This document shows positions 1-9,636 of a DNA stretch of 32,000 nucleotides, piece by piece (the first letter of the stretch is position 1; the number at the start of each line of letters is the position of its first letter). The notes under the pieces are model-generated. The model made no database searches. It was not told the origin of the DNA and saw only the letters and a program-made list of their open reading frames with translations. Source of the stretch: Candidatus Hermodarchaeota archaeon (GTDB lineage Archaea > Asgardarchaeota > Heimdallarchaeia > Hodarchaeales > Hodarchaeaceae); the NCBI GenBank assembly GCA_048886185.1, contig JBHLKY010000032.1, forward strand, positions 1 to 32,000. The letters run 5' to 3'. Made by a program: the position numbers and the translations under genes.

Positions 1-32
1 AAAAGGGAGAAAAAAGAAAGGATAAGAAATCT
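1..32 (-). terminator. Pyrimidine/T-rich tract after the ABC permease stop, candidate archaeal intrinsic terminator
   Basis: The minus strand reads AGATTTCTTATCCTTTCTTTTTTCTCCCTTTT immediately after the TAA at 33-35. Oligo-T tracts are established archaeal terminator signals. Confidence 0.35.
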
Positions 33-2432
33 TTAACCAATTATTCTACTCACTGTTTCTTCAGAAATCGATGAACGGAATAGCGATCGGAGTGAGAGAT
101 ATGTTGCTATGACAATTCCAAGAGATACATTCACAATGGTTATAGCAAGACTTACAGGTGACAGCTCAAAAATCAGGATCACACCCAATATCGCTGCCCA
201 ATCAAATAGTGCATCTATCATAATGAAACTACCAATGATGCCTAAAACGGCACCACAAATTCCAGTAATAACCAGTTCTAGTAGGATTGTAATAAATATC
301 TCTTTGTTGGAAACTCCGAGTGCTCTGAAGTTGACGAAATCGTGTTTGCGTTCAGAAATCGAAATTGAGACCACAGTAACAGCAATAGAAATCCCAACTA
401 ATAAACCAGCAAACAATGCCATATAGATTAATATCATTGCTAAACTGTTAACTAAAGCAATAGTTTCTTTCAGATCTTCTTTATTAACAACTTTATGTAC
501 ATCGGACTTCAATTCTAACTTAGATGAAAGTTCATCTGGATTAGATGATTTGATATAAAGCGCATTCGAATTATTGGGCTCTAATTGAGCTAATATACGA
601 GCTGTATCTATAGAAGAATAAATCCCCGAACCTGAGAGTTCATTTAGTATGTATCCTATTGTTAGATTGTATTCATTGTTAAAAACTGTGATACTAATAT
701 TATCACCTATTTTGACTTTAAATTTCAGAGCTAGGTCTTTGGTTAATGCAAGTTCTCCTTCTGCTGGAAATATATCATTATCAAAACGCCGTAAATTAGA
801 ATTAGGTACTAAACCTGTTAAACTATAGATACGCGCTAAGTCTTGAGAAAATCGAATAGGAATGAGTACAACTGACTCATTTTCTGTTATCAATCCTGCA
901 TTTTCTTGAAGTAGTGATATAATCTGGCTTTCATTTTGGTAATTCCGAAAAATAACCTGAATATCCCAGTTTTGATAATAATTCATCTGCTTATCAAAAC
1001 CTGAATAATAATTGAATGTTGTATTTGACCCAAAGAAAGAAATAAAGGTTGCTAGAAAGATACCTGCAAGAACAAAGAACGCTTTTCGCTTATCTTGGAA
1101 AAGAGAACGAATTGAGAATTTTGAAAGGGGAGAAAGGGAATGAAACTTCGTCATGACACTTTCAAATAGTGTCAATTTACCAGGTTCAAATTTAGCCTTG
1201 GGTTTCATTGCATCTAAAGGTCGCAACTTGAATATCTTTCTAACTGCAAATAGAGAACCCATAGTAGTTAAGATACATGTGAGGATAAAATAGCTAATAG
1301 CAGGTAACATTGATATTATAGAAACAACTTCAACACCAGGTAGTTTCTTAATTCCTGATAATTCAAATATCATGTAATCACTTAAGCCAATTCCGACAAT
1401 AGCACCACATATAGATCCAATACTCCCCCCAATTACGCTAATAATGAGCGAATAGATCACTGTACTTATTATTAATTCACGATTTGTAAATCCTAGTGAT
1501 TTGAACAGACCTAAAGTAGGAAGATCTTCTTCTATTATTCTTTTCAATACTATGAATAGTAAGACCGCAGCTATACCAGTAAACGTTATAGCCAATATAA
1601 CCGCCATACCTAGCATCTCTAAACCTATTACCTCTATGTACCAGTTTCTTCCCTCAGTATATAATATATTATCTTCCCCTAATACTGTAAATAGTTCCCT
1701 TAAGAATAAATTCTTCTTTGACGGATCCTCAAAATGAAATACTAGTTGATTGGCTTGTGTATCATTATTTGTATTACTCAATAAATCAGTATATCGCATC
1801 CAAATTACAGGACCAGACCAAAAGTCAAAAAACTCCGCAGCTGCTGCTCCTGGTGCCACCATATACTCTGGTGAATCAACATGGGCTATTATGTTCACTA
1901 AAAAAGGTTTAACACCTTCAATATCAGCAGATATTGTGAGAGATCCACCCACCTGCCATTCGTTAAGTTCTGCAGTAAATTGGTCGACAACTGATACATT
2001 TGGGGAACCTGACTCATAAAGTGTTTCAATGGCTCCTGAATGATAATATAACGTATTTACATCTAAGGGACGAGAGCTATTTACCCCATAAAGTCTAGTT
2101 GTAACCCAGGAGACCCCTGCATCTTTACTTACCTTTACTTCAATGAAAGATCGAATCTCAAAATCAGGATCTAATTCAGAAATTGCTTTGACTTGATTCA
2201 CAAGTCGTGTGAGGTTTTCTGCATCCATGGGAGTAACAGTAACAACGAGATGATGATAGTTTTGGTTTCCCCAAGATGCATTAGTTGCTTCAGCCCATGT
2301 GAGATAGATATTACTGTACATTATTGAGGCAATACCACCAATTATTATGACAATAAAGATTGGAATGGAGCGAATTTTCTTACGTTTCAAATCTCTCCAA
2401 GCTTTCAGAAAAAATAACTTCATTTTCAACAC
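33..2432 (-). CDS. FtsX/MacB-family ABC transporter permease (two FtsX-type TM domains plus extracellular domains)
   Basis: 799-aa ORF with an N-terminal TM, a large soluble domain, 3 TMs, then the same architecture again. Motifs include LGLFKSLGFTNRELI, LRPLDAMK and ERKHDFVNFRALGVSNKEI. It lies 9 bp after the ATPase. The ATG at 2423 is an alternative start. Confidence 0.9.
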   Translation of the reverse strand: MLKMKLFFLKAWRDLKRKKIRSIPIFIVIIIGGIASIMYSNIYLTWAEATNASWGNQNYHHLVVTVTPMDAENLTRLVNQVKAISELDPDFEIRSFIEVKVSKDAGVSWVTTRLYGVNSSRPLDVNTLYYHSGAIETLYESGSPNVSVVDQFTAELNEWQVGGSLTISADIEGVKPFLVNIIAHVDSPEYMVAPGAAAAEFFDFWSGPVIWMRYTDLLSNTNNDTQANQLVFHFEDPSKKNLFLRELFTVLGEDNILYTEGRNWYIEVIGLEMLGMAVILAITFTGIAAVLLFIVLKRIIEEDLPTLGLFKSLGFTNRELIISTVIYSLIISVIGGSIGSICGAIVGIGLSDYMIFELSGIKKLPGVEVVSIISMLPAISYFILTCILTTMGSLFAVRKIFKLRPLDAMKPKAKFEPGKLTLFESVMTKFHSLSPLSKFSIRSLFQDKRKAFFVLAGIFLATFISFFGSNTTFNYYSGFDKQMNYYQNWDIQVIFRNYQNESQIISLLQENAGLITENESVVLIPIRFSQDLARIYSLTGLVPNSNLRRFDNDIFPAEGELALTKDLALKFKVKIGDNISITVFNNEYNLTIGYILNELSGSGIYSSIDTARILAQLEPNNSNALYIKSSNPDELSSKLELKSDVHKVVNKEDLKETIALVNSLAMILIYMALFAGLLVGISIAVTVVSISISERKHDFVNFRALGVSNKEIFITILLELVITGICGAVLGIIGSFIMIDALFDWAAILGVILIFELSPVSLAITIVNVSLGIVIATYLSLRSLFRSSISEETVSRIIG

Positions 2433-2441
2433 CTTAGCAAG

Positions 2442-3194
2442 TTATACTTCATCAATGGCTGGAGCAGCTGTAAGTGTCTCCCAAAATTCTTCTTCTTTAG
2501 CTGGATCATAAACAGATGTCCCGAAAATTCTCCCATCTCGTAAATAAATGACTTGATCTGCTAGATATGAGATACCGACATTATGGGTAATTAATATCAT
2601 TGTCACATGGTGAGCCTCATTAATCTGTTTAAGTAATTTCAATATTTTTCCTGTTGTTTCACTATCTATATTCCCAGTTGGTTCATCCGCTAATAGTATC
2701 TTTGGTTTTTTAGCTAATGCCCTAGCAATGGCTACTCGTTGTTGTTCCCCACCACTAAGCTGAGCAGGGAATTTATTGACTTTATCGCCAAGACCAACTT
2801 CCTCTAGTAAATTTTTGGTAATTTTTTTGGCTTCAACTGACGGATTGGTCAGTTTAGCTGCTAGTTCCACGTTCTCAAATGCAGTAAGAGAGGCTACGAG
2901 GTTATAAAATTGAAAAATAAACCCAACATTTTTTCGACGATACTGAGTCAGCTTTTTCTCAGAAAGTGAGGATAGTTCCAAACCATTGAAATGAATCGAA
3001 CCACCTGTTGGGCGATCTATCCCTCCAATTAGATTCAGAAGAGTTGTTTTTCCTGAACCAGAGGGCCCTAAAACTGCAAGGAACTGACCTTCTTCTATAG
3101 AAATTGTAACATCTTGAAGTGCTGGAACAGTTAATTCGCCCATTTTATAATCTTTTGACAAATTATCTATTTTTAATGACATTGATAACACCAA
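2442..3194 (-). CDS. ABC transporter ATP-binding protein, LolD/MacB-like
   Basis: Walker [10 protein letters not shown]-loop GFIFQFYNL, signature LSGGEQQR, Walker [11 protein letters not shown]-loop ITHN. The ATG at 3182 is the likelier start (GGTG upstream). Confidence 0.95.
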   Translation of the reverse strand: MVLSMSLKIDNLSKDYKMGELTVPALQDVTISIEEGQFLAVLGPSGSGKTTLLNLIGGIDRPTGGSIHFNGLELSSLSEKKLTQYRRKNVGFIFQFYNLVASLTAFENVELAAKLTNPSVEAKKITKNLLEEVGLGDKVNKFPAQLSGGEQQRVAIARALAKKPKILLADEPTGNIDSETTGKILKLLKQINEAHHVTMILITHNVGISYLADQVIYLRDGRIFGTSVYDPAKEEEFWETLTAAPAIDEV

Positions 3195-3260
3195 ATAGCA
3201 AATTCTGTTGAAAACATTTATATTAAATAGGAAAATAAGAGTTTTGTACCCTAAGAAGCC

Positions 3261-3600
3261 TCACCTTAGAATAGGTAAACAGTAGTTTTCACTGTTCATA
3301 GAAAATGTCTTAGGAAGAGGTTTTTTGAAGTTATGCATAGAAATGAAGTAAACAACACTGTACTTGTTAGAAATAAAAAAGCATCTCGAAGAACATAGAC
3401 AATTACTGCCATATATCTTCCCCCCGATAATCCAACAACGAGCATAGAAGCAGAGAATTACAAATAGCGAACCTAAGAATAGCAGCAAAGACTATTAGAG
3501 CATGAAAAATATTTTTCCTTGTAATTATCCCCTTTTTTCAGCAGATTGGACAAAAATTCGCAGATCCATTCTCTGTACCACATTCAGGATATGTATTCAT
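3261..3600 (-). pseudogene. Decayed zinc-ribbon plus transmembrane protein
   Basis: ATG at 3600 (AAGGAA upstream) gives MNTYPECGTENGSANFCPIC, then TGA (3540-3538), then KKGIITRKNIFHALIVFAAIL. This matches the CPxCG-x-N-xx-A-xFCPxCG zinc ribbon with C>Y and G>stop. Further hydrophobic segments continue in the other two frames. Confidence 0.55.
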
Positions 3601-3710
3601 AATATATTCCTTCTTAATTCAAGGGTGAGATTGGGTACTCTGTTTAAATCCTCGGAATTCTTATGAGAAGTATAGAACACTTTTAAAACAATCTTAGTGT
3701 CAGTTGTTGA

Positions 3711-5696
3711 TTAAAGTTTATTATTAATAATGAAATGGATAATATGGGCTGAAAAATTCATTATATCATTAGGAATCGATTGTAAATTTAAATCACTTAT
3801 TCTAATAAATAATTCCTGTATTGTTATATCTTCATGCACCATTACTTCAGAGATAACCTTTTCATCCTTGAAAAACTGAATTAATACTTCTTGTTTTATT
3901 TTTTCAACTTTAAAGTACAAATCACCATTATAAGGAAATACAAATCTATTTCCATCAACCTCAACTTCCAAAACTAGTGGTAACTCAATAAAATTTCCTT
4001 TAATACTTAAATTGCTTGTAGTGGTGATGTTATCATCACACAGCTTCTGCAATAAGCCATGAATAATATTGGCTGCTATGTTTAACGAACATAGACCTGT
4101 TTCATGAAAGAAACCAAGAGCATGTAGACTCATCTCAAAAGCTAAAAGATATTTTAGTTCATCAATTGAGATGGTATCAGGAACCATAGAAGAACTCAAT
4201 AAGTCTCCATTCGAATAAAATGTTAAGTGCGCGTTAAATTCCACTATTTCAGCATGAACACGAAGATCTTTCAAAGCAGGTAGGTGAATTGCTCCAGATT
4301 CAATACCAGTCTGAATCATGATTGGAATTTGTACGGAAGTGAATTCTTTTCTTTCAAATGGAATTGTCACCTCTTTTTTGCGGGCAAGTGCTTCCATTTT
4401 AGGTGTAATAAAGTAAAGATTAGCAATTGCTTTAACTGGCATCATTGGTCGTTCAATAGCATAGATGAGAAACTTTATTAACTCTCTTTCGGCAATTCCT
4501 CCTTCTATATATGCAGCGAAAATGTCTAAAATACGATCATGGTATAAAGCGTCAACTTCCAATCCTTTGGATTTGAGGAAAGGTATATACTTCAATAGAA
4601 CCTTTAACACAATTGGAATCCGAATTCCTGATGCTGCAGATAATTCAAAAACAACATCATAACCTAGATCTACGATTGCTGTAGCTTGATCATGTTTAAT
4701 GTTATAAAAATTTACCAACTGACTTATTCGCTCATTGGGAGTTGTTGGTTTGAAAACTGGTAATGTTGCTGTTTTTACTGCTGGTTCCGTGGTTATTGAC
4801 TCAATAGGTTCGATAGCCAAATCTTCTAGATGTTTGGTATATAAATCCTCAATTTTTTCTTCTTCATTTGCTTGATTATCTTCATTATAAAGTGAGGTTT
4901 CTGTATCTATGGAGTTGATAGAAGGTCGCATTGCTTGCTGCATTAAGACTTGTAGCTTATTTAGTATCTCAGGATCACCTGCGGTCTTCAAAAATTCTTT
5001 TGTAGATGAAATGGAAACATCTTCATCCACAACAGGTTTTCGTAGAGTCATATCTTCTTTTGAATACTCTTCAATTTGACCAATCGTCCGTCCTTCTGTA
5101 AACTCACTATTGGTTAAATTCGGAATTGTTAATTCAAAGATTCTTCCAAAAGCATCAATTACTGTCTTTGGTTTATATATTGTTGTCCTAAAGAAGCAAA
5201 GCTCTCTTGTTGAGCATTCAAGTTGAAATTGCTCTTTTAGCTGAGCATGAATCGACTCATAATTTGGTAATCGTTTTACTAGGTCATTCTTATGAAGAAA
5301 AACGAATAGATTTGCTTGAGGAGAATATTTCTGTAAATTTTTAAGACAGGAGGAAAAGTACTGAATAGCATTGTTTCTTGTCGTTTTATTAGCAACATCT
5401 ACTAAAAATATGAAATTTTTTACTGAACTAAAGATAAATGGAGAGAAATTGTTTAGAAATCGCTTTATGAAGATTTTTTGACCACCCAAATCGACTATAG
5501 TTATAGGAGTACCCTTGATAGAAACAGACATTCGCTCATAGTTAATTGTCGCACTTAAGCGATCAACCTCTTTCGTTTGTTGTTTCAGAAAGAAAATGCG
5601 TTTTACAGCTGTTTTACCTGCCTCAGATAATCCTGCTATTAATATTTTATATCCAAGCTTTGTTGAAATATCAGATTCAGTGACCCATTCAGACAT
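3711..5696 (-). CDS. RagA/Gtr1-like small GTPase (aa ~15-194) fused to a ~470-aa C-terminal extension
   Basis: G1 GLSEAGKT, G2 RLSATINYE, G3 DLGGQ, G4 FLHKND, G5 FRTTIY. The His-containing G4 and the SCL..SP.A..F...HK.D segment are Rag-family hallmarks (comparison recalled, not searched). Confidence 0.85.
   Translation of the reverse strand: MSEWVTESDISTKLGYKILIAGLSEAGKTAVKRIFFLKQQTKEVDRLSATINYERMSVSIKGTPITIVDLGGQKIFIKRFLNNFSPFIFSSVKNFIFLVDVANKTTRNNAIQYFSSCLKNLQKYSPQANLFVFLHKNDLVKRLPNYESIHAQLKEQFQLECSTRELCFFRTTIYKPKTVIDAFGRIFELTIPNLTNSEFTEGRTIGQIEEYSKEDMTLRKPVVDEDVSISSTKEFLKTAGDPEILNKLQVLMQQAMRPSINSIDTETSLYNEDNQANEEEKIEDLYTKHLEDLAIEPIESITTEPAVKTATLPVFKPTTPNERISQLVNFYNIKHDQATAIVDLGYDVVFELSAASGIRIPIVLKVLLKYIPFLKSKGLEVDALYHDRILDIFAAYIEGGIAERELIKFLIYAIERPMMPVKAIANLYFITPKMEALARKKEVTIPFERKEFTSVQIPIMIQTGIESGAIHLPALKDLRVHAEIVEFNAHLTFYSNGDLLSSSMVPDTISIDELKYLLAFEMSLHALGFFHETGLCSLNIAANIIHGLLQKLCDDNITTTSNLSIKGNFIELPLVLEVEVDGNRFVFPYNGDLYFKVEKIKQEVLIQFFKDEKVISEVMVHEDITIQELFIRISDLNLQSIPNDIMNFSAHIIHFIINNKL
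3798..4334 (-). repeat. Protein-level tandem repeat: two 64-aa units (aa 455-518 and 570-633) in the GTPase C-terminus
   Basis: Gapless hand alignment of VQIPIMIQ...LTFYSNGDLLSSSMVPDTISIDELKYLL against IELPLVLE...IQFFKDEKVISEVMVHEDITIQELFIRI gives 13/64 identities and a conserved hydrophobic pattern. Units lie at 4143-4334 and 3798-3989. Confidence 0.6.
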
Positions 5697-5842
5697 TTCT
5701 CAGTGATCCTTTGTTCTTCGTATATTTTGTCCAGGGAACCATTAATTATATGTGATTTTTTATTAATTTCAACTTACTGGTTTATTACTTCCAAATATCT
5801 TCAGTTTCCCATGATTATACAAGAAATTAAATTTATTTTTAA

Positions 5843-6484
5843 TCAAGTAATAAGAATAAGCCCCATTAATGTTCCAAAAGGAATACTTTCTGGTTTTGCA
5901 TCACTTCCTATTGGGTAAATATCCCATCCAAGTTTGACTGCTAACTGAAAGCAATCAATCCCCACTGCTTCCATACTAGGTCTCGCTTTTAACGTAAATC
6001 GGCATTTACTCCCCAATAAAACAGCACAATCATCTTCCCAACAAAAAGTGAATTTACACGAGCCAGCTCCAAAACCTACCGCCAAATAATGACCATCATA
6101 AAACGCTGTACTTTCGATTTTATTGACAATCTCAGAAATCTTCTGATATGCTTTTACACGTTCTCTACTGGTTTGTTTATTCCGTACAATAACCTCAGGA
6201 TCCACATTGCATTTAAATATGATCGACCATCGATATTGTGACACATATCGTCTAGTTTCCTCTGGTTTAAGACTGTGAGGCGGACAATTAGCACAGACAC
6301 CATATCCAAAACATTTGGGAATTATACATTTTAAGACAACACGATCATCTACTGGAATATGACTGGTTTGGATGAACTTGGCTTCATTAGCGCCTAGCTC
6401 CTTCGCTAAGATACAATACCTTTCCAAGTCCTTTAAGATTTGATCATCTGGAATGGATAGATGAATTTTTTCCACTTTGGGCAT
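5843..6484 (-). CDS. DUF2284-family Cys-rich predicted metal-binding protein
   Basis: RVVLKCIIPKCFGYGVCANCPP, FYDGHYLAVGFGAGSCKFTFC, C...G.KCRF..KARPSMEAVGIDCF and a C-terminal GLILI are the pattern of this family. Confidence 0.85.
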   Translation of the reverse strand: MPKVEKIHLSIPDDQILKDLERYCILAKELGANEAKFIQTSHIPVDDRVVLKCIIPKCFGYGVCANCPPHSLKPEETRRYVSQYRWSIIFKCNVDPEVIVRNKQTSRERVKAYQKISEIVNKIESTAFYDGHYLAVGFGAGSCKFTFCWEDDCAVLLGSKCRFTLKARPSMEAVGIDCFQLAVKLGWDIYPIGSDAKPESIPFGTLMGLILIT

Positions 6485-6939
6485 CGTTTTACCTCATTAT
6501 CTGTACAATTTTAAACATCTGGACTTAAGATAATAATTGTTTTCCCTCTTCTTGAATAGATCTTGACTTTAATAAATCCTAATTAACTGAAAGCAATTAA
6601 GCCTTTAGTAAAAAGAGCTATTCTTTTGATGGAGTTTGGCTTTGAGACCTTGTGAATAAGTAAGAACAAACAGATAGTGAAGATAGTTCTGATCACATCT
6701 TCGCGGAGGACTTTTAACGCAATAGATGTGTTACTATTGGAGTCATTCATCTAAGCAAAACCTATTATTAAAGAACAGGCTATAAGAGGAGGAATGGATC
6801 TAGTGATAAGGAAAATTACCTTTTTTTCTTTCCTAAATTGTATGAAGAATCATCTTCCAAATCCACTCATTCAAAATATAGCTTTATATCTAGATTGATG
6901 ATTCTAATCCTTCTAGGGAAGAAATTATATTTGAAAAGG

Positions 6940-6991
6940 GGTATAAAGAATAAAAAATGAAAGAGAGGGAGGGAGTATCCCTTAAGGAGAA
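6940..6991 (-). terminator. Small hairpin plus long pyrimidine/T tract after the ABC-2 permease
   Basis: The minus strand after the TAG reads TTCTCCTTAAGGGATACTCCCTCCCTCTCTTTCATTTTTTATTCTTT, an AGGGA-TAC-TCCCT stem followed by T-runs. Confidence 0.35.
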
Positions 6992-8701
6992 CTAAACTAG
7001 ATAATCTTTCGTGGGAGTTCGGCTTCGGAGAACAACAATGTAGAAACCAATAGTGAGAACGGTCCCAAACAAAGCTTCGGGAAGAACCTCTAGAAAAGTC
7101 CGCTTACTTAAAATAAGACTAATAGAGTCAAAATAGCCAAAAGGCGTAAAGAATCGTAACCATGATAAATCACTACCTGGGAGAAAAGCGATGAAAATAA
7201 TTAAGACAAAGAACACATAACCAACCATTAGCGTTTTCAGAACATGTTTATGAGGCACAAGAAGTGCAAGAGTGAGGAAGAAGACAAAGATGAAACCGTA
7301 TCCCCAAATAAAAATGATGTAACTTGTCAAAGTAGGGATTAAATCTGATGTTCGATTAAGAAGAACTTCCATGATGAGGAGTGTTAAAAAACTAGCAAGA
7401 AGTGCTATAGTTAAATAGATAAGTCCAGCGATAGTTCGACTGACTAGAATACGGTTAGCAGTTTTAGGAAATGTCCAGGTTATTTCAGCATAGCGTCTTC
7501 TATAATCTCGCATGATGATATCATAAATAACAATGAGAATAAAGGGAGCTAACACCATCCAGGCAAAGCTGAAAATCTCAAACGCAAGATATGTTTCTAT
7601 TGTCATTGGGAGATCTTGAAAAGTGTTTCCAAATAACAATGCCTCCATAAACGGCATATTAAAACTTTGTAAAAGCTCACCAACTTCTTCCTCCACATAC
7701 ATCCCGATAACATAAAAAGAATAGAATATCATGAATCCTAGAAAAAAGATGAACACAGTTGCATTAGCATGAAGCTGATCACGAACAGCAGGGTATTTCC
7801 AACCTAATCGTCCCAGTAATTTATCCATTGGAGCCCGTACATGAGACAATTTTTGAGAAAATCTCCTTTTTCTGATCTCCTCCGATTCTTCCACAATCGT
7901 TTGTTGTTGAACTCCTTTCTCCAGAAAATCCTTTCTATACAAGAGACTGATTGAAGCAATAACTAGAATGACGACAAGAATAACAACTAATATAATAAAC
8001 TCTTCATTCCATGTTCCTGATAAACTTTTACTGACAACATCTGCTTGAGAGAATAAACTCAATTGGCTAAGAGAATCAAGCTCACTAATCTGGTTAGCTG
8101 TTAGCTCTACTACTATTGAAAAAATAATATATAATCCTCCAATTGCATATCCAGTAGTTTTAGAGAAATTGATAGTACATCCGAAAGTAGTGAGAAAAGC
8201 TACTGCAATTACAAGTAAAAATGCAAGAAAGAAACATATAGTAAGATTTGGGACTGCATCCCAAGCATCATTGATGTAAAGAAGACCAATTGCTACAAGA
8301 TAATTAATGAATGTAATCAAACCTATTAAACCAATAACAACCAAGGAATTTTCTAGGAACGAGGTTATTAAAGACTTCGGAGTGGTAAAGAGAATTTCTT
8401 TACCATCTCTCTCATTCAACGGTAATAAATTACTTCCAAGAAAAACACCTGCGATCGGTAAGTACAAGGATAGAGCGAATCCACAGAAAAATATTAACCA
8501 AAGAGCGAATCCTGGATTATCAGTAGGAAAATCTCCAAGGAAGGACATGAGTCGAATGAATTCTGTGAGTGCTTCTTCACCCGGATAAAACAGAGATATT
8601 CCGATTATCAATGCAGCATAAAGAAAAATTGATAATCCAAGAACAGTTCGATGGCGAAAACTATGAAGATAAAATCGTTTAACAAGCTTTGATAAGCTCA
8701 T
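6992..8701 (-). CDS. ABC-2 type exporter permease with two fused 6-TM halves
   Basis: 569 aa with about 12 hydrophobic segments in two similar halves: ERDGKEILFTTPKS vs DYRRRYAEITWTFPKT, and LSQLSLFSQAD vs LRFFTPFGYFD. Its ATG overlaps the ATPase stop (ATGA, 8698-8701). Confidence 0.8.
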   Translation of the reverse strand: MSLSKLVKRFYLHSFRHRTVLGLSIFLYAALIIGISLFYPGEEALTEFIRLMSFLGDFPTDNPGFALWLIFFCGFALSLYLPIAGVFLGSNLLPLNERDGKEILFTTPKSLITSFLENSLVVIGLIGLITFINYLVAIGLLYINDAWDAVPNLTICFFLAFLLVIAVAFLTTFGCTINFSKTTGYAIGGLYIIFSIVVELTANQISELDSLSQLSLFSQADVVSKSLSGTWNEEFIILVVILVVILVIASISLLYRKDFLEKGVQQQTIVEESEEIRKRRFSQKLSHVRAPMDKLLGRLGWKYPAVRDQLHANATVFIFFLGFMIFYSFYVIGMYVEEEVGELLQSFNMPFMEALLFGNTFQDLPMTIETYLAFEIFSFAWMVLAPFILIVIYDIIMRDYRRRYAEITWTFPKTANRILVSRTIAGLIYLTIALLASFLTLLIMEVLLNRTSDLIPTLTSYIIFIWGYGFIFVFFLTLALLVPHKHVLKTLMVGYVFFVLIIFIAFLPGSDLSWLRFFTPFGYFDSISLILSKRTFLEVLPEALFGTVLTIGFYIVVLRSRTPTKDYLV

Positions 8702-9594
8702 TTGGAACCCTCTTCTTTATAGAACTGCAGGAAATAGTCTTCTAGACTAGCAGGAGGAAATACAATCTCTTCAGGTTCCATCGGAATTAGAATTTCAAGA
8801 TATCTGTTAATCGAATCCGCTTGGCTTACCAAAATGCGAGCACGATTATCTTCTAATTCGAGTAGATGATCACCAAGAGCATAAAGCCGATCTTTATCTG
8901 GATTTTTAAGAGTAACTTCGAGAATCCTTGAAACTTCCTTGTTAAGACTATCAACATCCACAACACTGATTAGATGACCATCTCGAACAATTCCAACCCG
9001 GTCACAAATCCGTTGTACCTCTGCAAGGTTATGACTACTGAAAAAGATAGTCTTTCCTCGTCTCTTCGCATCAAGAATGAGATCATATGTCTCCTGTTGT
9101 AAAAGTGGATCAAGTCCAGAAGTCGGTTCGTCAAGAATGAGCACATCAGGATCATGCATAAGTGCAGCAATAATATTTACCTTTTGTTTGTTACCTTTCG
9201 ATAGCTCACCAATTTTTTTCTTGATAGGGAGATCAAAGCGTTTAATAAGCTCTTTGCGTCGAGGGCTCGAAGAACCACGCATGCTTTCAACATATGTTAG
9301 GAAATCATGGGCTGTGTAGTCTTCAGGAAGAACTCCAGCTTCAGCAATATACCCAATATTTTCCCGCAGCTTTGGATTGGATCGTTCAACTTTTGTCCCA
9401 TTGATCCATACTTCACCAGCTGTAGGTAAAAGAATATTCATCATACACCTAATAGTGGTGGTTTTGCCAGCACCATTTGGACCAAGAAAGCCAAAAATTT
9501 CTCCACTGAGAATTTCAAGATTGAGATTCTCAATTCCACGGTTTTTCCCATAATATTTGGTCAGATTTTGAATTTTAATTTTTGTTTGAGTCAT
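8698..9594 (-). CDS. ABC-2/drug-exporter type ATP-binding protein
   Basis: GEIFGFLGPNGAGKTT, LSKGNKQK, LILDEPTSGLDP, FSSHNLAEVQRICDRVGI, C-terminal SLEDYFL. Confidence 0.95.
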   Translation of the reverse strand: MTQTKIKIQNLTKYYGKNRGIENLNLEILSGEIFGFLGPNGAGKTTTIRCMMNILLPTAGEVWINGTKVERSNPKLRENIGYIAEAGVLPEDYTAHDFLTYVESMRGSSSPRRKELIKRFDLPIKKKIGELSKGNKQKVNIIAALMHDPDVLILDEPTSGLDPLLQQETYDLILDAKRRGKTIFFSSHNLAEVQRICDRVGIVRDGHLISVVDVDSLNKEVSRILEVTLKNPDKDRLYALGDHLLELEDNRARILVSQADSINRYLEILIPMEPEEIVFPPASLEDYFLQFYKEEGSK

Positions 9595-9636
9595 TTTGAA
9601 ACGTCCAAATATTTCCGTTAATTGCAGTAACGATGC

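Noticed and set aside
109-2019. Plus-strand ORFs 109-426, 1501-1737, 1718-1912 (minus, alternate frame) and 1750-2019
   Set aside because: They lie wholly within the ABC permease and have the Ile/Pro/Ser/Asn-rich composition typical of shadow frames.
3538-3540. In-frame TGA after CPIC as selenocysteine
   Set aside because: The position corresponds to the conserved Gly of CxxCG, the first Cys is also lost, frameshifts follow and no SECIS-like element was found. Decay is the simpler explanation.
5703-5918. 71-aa plus-strand ORF between the GTPase and DUF2284
   Set aside because: Antisense to the DUF2284 3' end and the GTPase promoter region, with no recognisable motif.
6694-6730. CACATCT...AGATGTG hairpin as a SECIS element or ncRNA
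   Set aside because: Only a 7-bp stem plus a weak inner stem. It lacks the RUGA/GA core and there is no credible selenoprotein nearby.
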